Below are positions 55,213 to 61,220 of a stretch of DNA of 61,220 nt, piece by piece. Position 1 is the first letter of the stretch, and every line of letters starts with the position of its first letter. Origin of the DNA: Clostridia bacterium. Lineage in GTDB: Bacteria > Bacillota > Clostridia > Christensenellales > UBA1242. The notes under the pieces were generated by a model that worked only from the letters and a program-made list of their open reading frames with translations, was not told the DNA's origin and made no database searches. The DNA lies in NCBI GenBank assembly GCA_016297845.1, contig JAEDFV010000004.1:1-61220 (forward strand), in the 5' to 3' direction. Made by a program: the position numbers and the translations under genes.

Positions 55213-55606
55213 TGAAACATTAAATTTTGCAGAGAATCTTGCAAAGCAAATTGTAGCTCCAAAAATTATTGTTTTATCAGGAGACCTTGGCGCGGGGAAA
55301 ACGACTTTTTCAAAAGGTTTTGCAAAAGGCCTTGGCATATCAGAAACAATTACAAGTCCAACTTTTACTCTCCTTAATGAATATTCTGGCGACAAAAATT
55401 TATATCATTTTGACATGTACAGACTCTCGTCAAAAGAAGAAGCGTATGAACTGGGGTTTGAAAATTATTTCGAAAACAACGACGGAATTATACTCGTTGA
55501 ATGGGCAGAAAATGTTAAAGGGCTTTTTACCCCTCCATATTTAAAAATATTAATTGAAAAAATTGATGAAAATAAAAGAAAATTTACTTTAGAGGAAATA
55601 GTATGA
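55187..55606 (+). CDS. tsaE: tRNA t6A37 biosynthesis ATPase TsaE
   Basis: GDLGAGKTTFSKGFAKGLG. Overlaps the PAP2 gene by 26 nt. Confidence 0.9.
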   Translation: MEKITNNRDETLNFAENLAKQIVAPKIIVLSGDLGAGKTTFSKGFAKGLGISETITSPTFTLLNEYSGDKNLYHFDMYRLSSKEEAYELGFENYFENNDGIILVEWAENVKGLFTPPYLKILIEKIDENKRKFTLEEIV

Positions 55607-56241
55607 ATATTTTATGTTTAAACACCGCTTTTGACAAAGCAAATATTGCACTTGAATATGAAGGAAAGACTTTTTATAAAGAAACAGATGCTTGTTGCAA
55701 ACATTCAGAAAATTTGCTTTTAGAAGTTGAAAAGCTTTTTGAAAATGCAAAAAAAGAAACTGAAAATTCAAACGATGTGATAAAAAATCTCGATGTAATA
55801 AGCGTTGTTGTCGGCCCAGGTTCGTTTACTGGACTGCGTATTTCGATAGCAACAGCAAAAGGTCTTTTGGCAGTCTTCCCAAATATAAAATGTGTTGCAA
55901 TAAACTCTCTCGAATTAATTGCATATTCATCAACAAAAATTGAAAAAACAGCAGTTATAAATGGCTTGAGCGGATTTTATTTTTTGGCACAATACAACGA
56001 TAAAAAAGAAACATCTGCGCCTAAAATGATTTCAAAAGAAGAATTAAATCAATTTAAAAATTTTGTTTCAATAGAAAATTTGCCTTTTGAAACGGAAATT
56101 GTTGACCTTACACCAAAAAATTTGCTTCTTATTACAAAAGAAAAAATTTCAAAAAATCTTTTTGTGGACGAAAACAATCTTGTCCCCCTTTATTTAAGGC
56201 CAAGTCAAGCGGAGGCAAATTTAAATGGAAATAAAAAATAA
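55603..56241 (+). CDS. tsaB: tRNA t6A37 biosynthesis protein TsaB
   Basis: VVGPGSFTGLRISIATAKGL. ATGA overlap with tsaE. Confidence 0.88.
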   Translation: MNILCLNTAFDKANIALEYEGKTFYKETDACCKHSENLLLEVEKLFENAKKETENSNDVIKNLDVISVVVGPGSFTGLRISIATAKGLLAVFPNIKCVAINSLELIAYSSTKIEKTAVINGLSGFYFLAQYNDKKETSAPKMISKEELNQFKNFVSIENLPFETEIVDLTPKNLLLITKEKISKNLFVDENNLVPLYLRPSQAEANLNGNKK

Positions 56242-56641
56242 AATCAGCGCAGATGACCTCTTAGAAATTTACGAGATTTCAAAACAACAATTTGGTGCCG
56301 AAAGTTGGACTTTTGAACAATTCGAAAATTCTTACTCTTCTCCAACCACCATTTTTCTTGTGATGAAAACTGAAACAATAAAAAGTTTTCTTGTAGCACA
56401 AGATTGTGTTGACTCGTTCGATTTACTTCTTGTTGCGACATCTGAATCAGATAAACGAAAAGGACTTGCCAGCGCGCTTCTTTCCGAACTTGAAACATTT
56501 AAAAAACCTATTTTTTTGGAAGTAAAAGAAAGCAATGTTCCAGCACAAAAACTATATGAAAGTAAAGATTACAAACTTATTTCTAGACGCAAAAATTATT
56601 ATAAAAATGGTGAAGATGCACTTATCTTCCAAAAAAAATAG
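56225..56641 (+). CDS. rimI: GNAT acetyltransferase, RimI-like
   Basis: RKGLASALL (Q/RxxGxA motif); canonical position after tsaB. Confidence 0.8.
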   Translation: MEIKNKISADDLLEIYEISKQQFGAESWTFEQFENSYSSPTTIFLVMKTETIKSFLVAQDCVDSFDLLLVATSESDKRKGLASALLSELETFKKPIFLEVKESNVPAQKLYESKDYKLISRRKNYYKNGEDALIFQKK

Positions 56642-56701
56642 ATTTTACTATTGCAAAAAGATGAAAGGTGTATTATAATATTAATATCAAAAGGAGTAAA
56701 T

Positions 56702-56866
56702 ATGAAAAACAACAAAATAACCAGAGAACAGTTAATCAAAATTGCATCTGACATGCACGGAGTTGATGGAACACCATCAGAAGAGCTTTTTAAAAATATG
56801 ACAACAAATGAACTTAAAAAGATTGTTAAAGCAGGTCAAAAACAAATGGGATACGAACAAGAATAA
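56702..56866 (+). CDS. 54-aa hypothetical protein
   Basis: AAGGAG lies 7 nt upstream of ATG 56702. No family recognised. Confidence 0.45.
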   Translation: MKNNKITREQLIKIASDMHGVDGTPSEELFKNMTTNELKKIVKAGQKQMGYEQE

Positions 56867-56913
56867 AATGACAATTTATAACATAAATTATTTTGAACTA
56901 ATAGGTAAAACAG

Positions 56914-56942
56914 TTGACTTAAAATAGAGAAAGTAGTATTAT
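56914..56942 (+). promoter_or_regulatory. sigma-A-type promoter for greA
   Basis: TTGACT (56914-56919), 17 nt, TATTAT (56937-56942). Confidence 0.55.
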
Positions 56943-56953
56943 CTATTCGGTTT

Positions 56954-56992
56954 AAGAAGAACATCACGAGATTGTGATGTCTTTCTTTTCTT
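56954..56992 (+). promoter_or_regulatory. terminator-like hairpin in the greA leader
   Basis: AAGAAGA-ACATCAC-GAGATT-GTGATGT-CTTTCTT followed by TTCTT, ending about 5 nt before the SD AAAGGAG. Confidence 0.4.
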
Positions 56993-57006
56993 AAAGGAGA
57001 ACAAAA

Positions 57007-57477
57007 ATGGAAAAAACATTCTTAACACCAGAAGGAAAAAAACAACTTGAAGACAGACTTTTGGAATTAAAAACTATAAAACGTCCAGAAGTAACAAAAA
57101 AAATCGGAATTGCTAGAGAATTTGGCGATTTATCAGAAAATGCTGAATATGATGCAGCAAAAGAAGAACAAGGCATGATTGAAGCAGAAATTGCAGAGAT
57201 TGAAGTAAAACTCAGAAACTGCGAAATTATCAATATGGACAAACTTCCAACAAATAAGGTTTCAGTAGGTTGCAAAGTTAAATTATTTGACGAAACATTC
57301 AACGAAGAAGTTGAATATCAAATTATTGGCTCAACTGAAAGCGACCCTTTGAAAGGATTAATTTCAAATGAAAGTCCTGTTGGCAAATCACTTCTTGGAA
57401 AAAAGAAAGGCGAAACAGTTGAAGTTACAACCCCTGCTGGAGTAGTTTCATACAAAATTTTGGAAATAAAAGCATAA
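57007..57477 (+). CDS. greA: transcription elongation factor GreA
   Basis: GDLSENAEYDAAKEEQ; 156 aa. Confidence 0.95.
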   Translation: MEKTFLTPEGKKQLEDRLLELKTIKRPEVTKKIGIAREFGDLSENAEYDAAKEEQGMIEAEIAEIEVKLRNCEIINMDKLPTNKVSVGCKVKLFDETFNEEVEYQIIGSTESDPLKGLISNESPVGKSLLGKKKGETVEVTTPAGVVSYKILEIKA

Positions 57478-57483
57478 GGAAAA

Positions 57484-57570
57484 GGGACGGCATTTAAATT
57501 TTAACTTCGTTAAAATTTCAGTGATTTGCCCCGCAAATCACCGTTTGCTGTCGCAAACAAATGCCGTCCC
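57484..57570 (+). other. 87-nt perfectly paired four-way junction (three hairpins closed by a 12-bp stem)
   Basis: GGGACGGCATTT pairs with AAATGCCGTCCC and encloses AAATTTTAAC/GTTAAAATTT, GTGATTTGC/GCAAATCAC and GTTTGC/GCAAAC. No mismatches; linkers are 0-2 nt. Confidence 0.8.
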
Positions 57571-57583
57571 CCCCCTTATAAAT

Positions 57584-57612
57584 AAAAGCGAACATAAAGT
57601 TCGCTTTTTTTT
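57584..57612. terminator. bidirectional terminator between greA and the VirB4-like gene
   Basis: AGCGAAC-ATAAA-GTTCGCT flanked by an A-run and T8. Confidence 0.8.
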
Positions 57613-60286
57613 ATTCAAAGATATCTCTAATTGAATTTGGAGCATCAATTTGCATCATAGTTCTACTCATTGCTCCTGAGATAAAGAAACATTGACCAAC
57701 GCCTGCTGTCACAATACTGTTTTGTTCTTCTTCGTTGATTTCACCAGATTTTCTATAAAGTTCAACCAAATCATTAAGGTCGTTTGGAGAAAGCGAGAAA
57801 ATCATTGAATATTGGCTGGCGTTAATAACAGCGGTTGACTGACGTTGGATTTCTGGAGTTCCAACGAAGTCTTTAATGTTTTGTGTAATAACAATTTGCA
57901 TACCTGAATATTTACGTATACGTTTTGCCATTTGCGCCATGAAATCCAAAGCGATTGGATAATTTGGGTTAATGAAAACGTGAGCTTCATCAACTGCAAC
58001 GATAACTTTTCTGTTTGTTCTAAACTTCAAATTAAAGTCACGATTTTTTATGATTTCGTTGTCAAGATATTTGAAAACAAGAAGCATTTGTGCATTAGCT
58101 ATAATCTCGTTTCTATTTGCAAGAAGTGAACGGAAGTTGAAAGAAATGAAATTTTCTTTGGTACTTATAGATGTAGGTCCATTCCAAAGATTGCTGTTTC
58201 TTCCGCCTTTTGCAAATTTTTTAATGTAAGTTTGTATGGTTAAATAGTTTTGTTTATGATACTGATTTGTTTCAGTCTCAAGTTTTTTATTGATAAGACG
58301 GTATAGATCATCAAAAATTGGATAATCCTCAGGCGTCAATTTGTCAAGGTCAACATCTTCATTAATCCCTTTTTCATTATACATTTCAACAACAAGAGAG
58401 TTAAGCGCTTCAAATGCATCGCTATCCATTCCATCTAAAATAACCTTGAAGAATTGTTCAAGAAATTGAAGATGGGTTGAGAATGTGTCGGAACTTTCAC
58501 GAAGTTTTAGCTTTCCATTATCTTCCTCTTCGTCTTCATCTCCCATTTCATCAATGTCTTTTATATCGTCTTTCAAAGTTGTCATAATGTGGAAAGGATT
58601 GATTATTCCCATGGCTGAAGAACCAACATCAATAACCTTTCCTTGTAAATTTCCAGCAAGAATTGTATATTCATCTTCAGGGTCCAAAATAAAAATTTTT
58701 GTGTTATCTGCTGCAAAATTCGCAAGCAATGTCTTTGTTGCAAATGATTTACCAGACCCAGATTTACCAATTATCATCATATTGCTGTTAACTCTTTCTC
58801 TGTTTCTCAAGAAAAAGTCAACAAAAATAGGATATTCATTGTAACCTATATAGAAACCTTCCCTGTCTTGCAACGCACCAGAAATGAATGGGAAAATTGC
58901 TGCAAGTGTTGAAGTTGGAATTCCACGCAAAGTTTCTTTTATGTTATCTCTCATCGACAAATTTGAACTTATGAAACCATCAACTTGTCTAGCAAAAAGT
59001 TCGGAAAATTTAAACCCTTCTTGTTTCAAGATAGCTTTAACTTCTTTTCTTGCTGGTTCTTCACAAACAACAAATGTATTTATATCGTAAAGTTGTTGGT
59101 TGTTGTTTTTTAAATCAACAAGCAAATCTTTAAGAGTTTGTCTATGAGTTTCGTTTTCAATAACTTTACTGCTCTTCCCAGATTGAGAATACTTGCTTTC
59201 CATCTCCATGATGGCTTTATCGATATTGCGTTCTGCTTTATATTTTGCAATAGGTTTTATTTTTACAATTACTTTCGTTCTATCTTGTGAAAAGAAATTG
59301 TATCCCCATGCATTTCCAACATTCAAAGGATAATCGCTGAAAACAAATTGACGATAGTTTCTTCCATCTATACTGTAACCAGATGCTTTAAACTTAATTT
59401 CTTTTGGTGTTGCCCAATTAAAATATTCACTCATTGGAACAGAATCAAGTTCTCTTTCATCAAATTCTTTTCCAAACGTTGCTTTAACAAAAACAACGAG
59501 GTCCTTTCCTGTCAACTTTCTTGTTGTTACAGGAGTTGCAGAGTTTGAAAGAGTGTTCATAATACCTTCGATTGTTGTTTCCAAAACCTCTTTATCTTTA
59601 TCATAGACAACAAAATAGAAGTAATCTTTATAAACTTTTTCTTGTCTATTAAGTGCTTCAACTCTTGAAACCCTATCTTCAAATATTCCCGCTCTCGCTT
59701 CAACTTCTTTAGCTGTCATTTCGCCTTCATATTGGAGATCCATCAGCGAGTCATATTTTTTGTCCTCAACATAGACATAATTATCCAAAATCATTGCTTT
59801 GCTAAGTTTAACGATATTTGCAGATTGTGATTCTGTTAAACGACGAATTGCATTTGCAAAAGTTTCAATTAACATGTTTTGCTTAAATTCATTCAACAAG
59901 CCAAATTCAACTGGCGAAATTTCAATAACTTGAGCATAATAATCACCATAATCAATAAATCTATCTTGCGTGAATCCAACAAAAGGAATAATTGACTTAA
60001 CTTCAGCAGTTTGTTTTTTTGCTCCACGTGAATATTTTTTCTTTTGAGCAAAGAAACGGAACAAATAGCCAAGTGTGTAATAGAATCTTATTCCATCGGC
60101 AACTGGGAAAAACATTGCGACAGCAAAAATAAGCCAGCCTATCCCGACCCAAACATGATATTGGAAATTAGCCGTAAACAGAGCAACTGCAACACCTATC
60201 CCAATAAAAGCGCATATAATATCACTAAGAGTTATACCCTTAAAAAATTCTGTTTTGACTTTAATTTTTCTAGGAATTATTCTCAT
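57611..60286 (-). CDS. fused PrgI/VirB3-like membrane domain plus VirB4-family (AAA_10-type) ATPase, 891 aa
   Basis: The N-terminal ~90 aa have two TM helices in a PrgI-like layout (IPRKIKVKTEFFKGITLSD...). Walker A is IIGKSGSGKSFATKT and Walker B is VIVAVDEAHVF, followed by VITQNIKDF. The block YYAQVIEISPVEFGLLNEFKQ is typical of the VirB4 N-domain. Confidence 0.7.
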   Translation of the reverse strand: MRIIPRKIKVKTEFFKGITLSDIICAFIGIGVAVALFTANFQYHVWVGIGWLIFAVAMFFPVADGIRFYYTLGYLFRFFAQKKKYSRGAKKQTAEVKSIIPFVGFTQDRFIDYGDYYAQVIEISPVEFGLLNEFKQNMLIETFANAIRRLTESQSANIVKLSKAMILDNYVYVEDKKYDSLMDLQYEGEMTAKEVEARAGIFEDRVSRVEALNRQEKVYKDYFYFVVYDKDKEVLETTIEGIMNTLSNSATPVTTRKLTGKDLVVFVKATFGKEFDERELDSVPMSEYFNWATPKEIKFKASGYSIDGRNYRQFVFSDYPLNVGNAWGYNFFSQDRTKVIVKIKPIAKYKAERNIDKAIMEMESKYSQSGKSSKVIENETHRQTLKDLLVDLKNNNQQLYDINTFVVCEEPARKEVKAILKQEGFKFSELFARQVDGFISSNLSMRDNIKETLRGIPTSTLAAIFPFISGALQDREGFYIGYNEYPIFVDFFLRNRERVNSNMMIIGKSGSGKSFATKTLLANFAADNTKIFILDPEDEYTILAGNLQGKVIDVGSSAMGIINPFHIMTTLKDDIKDIDEMGDEDEEEDNGKLKLRESSDTFSTHLQFLEQFFKVILDGMDSDAFEALNSLVVEMYNEKGINEDVDLDKLTPEDYPIFDDLYRLINKKLETETNQYHKQNYLTIQTYIKKFAKGGRNSNLWNGPTSISTKENFISFNFRSLLANRNEIIANAQMLLVFKYLDNEIIKNRDFNLKFRTNRKVIVAVDEAHVFINPNYPIALDFMAQMAKRIRKYSGMQIVITQNIKDFVGTPEIQRQSTAVINASQYSMIFSLSPNDLNDLVELYRKSGEINEEEQNSIVTAGVGQCFFISGAMSRTMMQIDAPNSIRDIFE

Positions 60287-60354
60287 CTTTCCTCCAATGC
60301 CTATTATAACATCTTAGTTATTATATACGAATATTCTAAATTAACAAAACAAAA

Positions 60355-61220
60355 TCAAATTATTAACGAATTTTCAGTCATTTCTTTTGGTTTATTGAGT
60401 CCAAGAATATCCAAAACTGTTGGCGAAATATTTGAGAGTTTTCCATTTCTTAAACTAATATTTTTATATTTTTTACTAACTAAAATGCAAGGAACTTTGC
60501 TGAGAGTGTGACTTGTCAATTTCTTTCCATCTCTTATCATCTCCTCAGCATTTCCATGGTCAGCAGTTATAATAGCATCTCCACCAACACGCAAAGTTGC
60601 TTTTGCAATCTTATATGCACATTTGTCAATGTATCTAATTGCCTTTTTCGCAGATTTTAAATTGCCCGTATGTCCTATCATATCAGCATTTGATAAATTA
60701 ATTAGAATAAAATCATATTTTTTGCTCGTTATTGCCTTAATAGCTTCTTTGGTTATCTGCCCTGCTTTCATTTTTGGCACGCATGAAAAATCTTGGACAT
60801 TATAACTGTCAATAAGTTTTCTTTCCTCTCCATTAAAAGGCTTTTCAATCCCGCCATTAAAAAAGAATGTTATATGGGCATATTTTGTTGTTTCAGAGAC
60901 CCTAAATTGCTTTAATTTATTTTTTGCTAGGACTTCCGACAAACAATTTTTTATTTTTTCTGGCTCAAATATTAAATTTATATTTTTATATGATTTATCA
61001 TATTCAGTCATTGTTGCAACAAACAAATTTTCAAGATTTGCACGTGGGAATCCTGTAAAATTTTTCTGAGAAAGAGAAGCAATTAGTTCTCTCATTCTAT
61101 CAGTCCTAAAATTATAAGAAATTACGACGTCGTTGCTTTCTATATTTGGAGTTGCAAAAAGTTTGAAAGGAGGAATAAACTCGTCAAAAATTCCCTTCTT
61201 ATAGCAATCTGAAATTTCGC
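60355..61220 (-). CDS. gpmI: 2,3-bisphosphoglycerate-independent phosphoglycerate mutase (C-terminal part; continues beyond the window)
   Basis: NLSNADMIGHTGN and TADHGNAE. The frame stays open upstream of the ORF-track Met (…VVISYNFRTDRMRE) to the window end. Confidence 0.9.
   Translation of the reverse strand, partial: EISDCYKKGIFDEFIPPFKLFATPNIESNDVVISYNFRTDRMRELIASLSQKNFTGFPRANLENLFVATMTEYDKSYKNINLIFEPEKIKNCLSEVLAKNKLKQFRVSETTKYAHITFFFNGGIEKPFNGEERKLIDSYNVQDFSCVPKMKAGQITKEAIKAITSKKYDFILINLSNADMIGHTGNLKSAKKAIRYIDKCAYKIAKATLRVGGDAIITADHGNAEEMIRDGKKLTSHTLSKVPCILVSKKYKNISLRNGKLSNISPTVLDILGLNKPKEMTENSLII

Noticed and set aside
57484-57570. The four-way junction as a tRNA, tmRNA or other tRNA-like gene.
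   Set aside because: The arms are 12, 10, 9 and 6 bp with 3-5-nt loops. There is no GTTCRA T-loop, no D-loop GG and no 7-nt anticodon loop, so it is kept as an unclassified structured element instead.
1-61220. Alternative genetic code (TGA=Trp, Mollicutes-like), considered because of the low G+C and reduced operons.
   Set aside because: Long conserved genes (ileS, clpC, gyrB/parE, secY) are uninterrupted under the standard code. Several genes clearly end at TGA (lgt, map).

Overview
The window is a visibly AT-rich chromosomal segment that uses standard code 11 (long ORFs end in TGA and none are broken by it). It looks Firmicutes/Clostridia-like and is very tightly packed with housekeeping genes.

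**Left half**
- A truncated tRNA (anticodon GUG), then typA, a Cys-rich small ORF, murI, gpr, rpsT, plsC, rluB and tRNA-Val.
- Tandem copies of the tRNA-Val 3' end follow the gene.
- A lone type IIA topoisomerase B subunit.
- The complete S10-spc-alpha ribosomal superoperon on the minus strand, from rpsJ at 23896 down to rplQ at 8271. It includes secY-adk-map-KOW-infA-rpmJ and rpsM-rpsK-rpsD-rpoA-rplQ.

**Right half**
- A 1086-aa orphan two-TM protein behind a consensus promoter, then lgt and tRNA-Trp.
- A ~2.8-kb accessory islet bounded by tRNAs. It holds mazF with a non-canonical partner, an unknown 135-aa gene, a YgjV-like membrane protein and a coupled 65-aa/DUF4279-like pair.
- An unusual tRNA-Leu whose anticodon reads AAG.
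- U32 peptidase, pepF, an rluA-family gene, a methyltransferase and ileS (type 2).
- era-ybeY-yqfD-yqfC, clpC, a GPH/MFS transporter, a CofE-like protein, an M50 protease, an orphan lipoprotein SBP and a DUF4132 protein.
- cysS, a ComEC-type MBL protein, a PAP2 phosphatase, tsaE-tsaB-rimI and greA.
- An orphan fused PrgI/VirB3-VirB4-like ATPase, then gpmI (partial).

**Not seen:** rRNA, CRISPR, transposase or integrase, or any recognisable restriction-modification or defence operon.

**Most noteworthy**
- An 87-nt perfectly paired four-way junction in the greA 3' UTR, next to the orphan VirB4-like gene.
- The tRNA-Leu with A34.
- A GC-rich structured spacer between rpmJ and rpsM.
- A recurring TGnTAnnAT-N6-ATG geometry that suggests leaderless mRNAs.
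- The islet's toxin/immunity-like pairs.
- The large orphan membrane protein.

All family calls come from reading motifs by eye. No database search was run.
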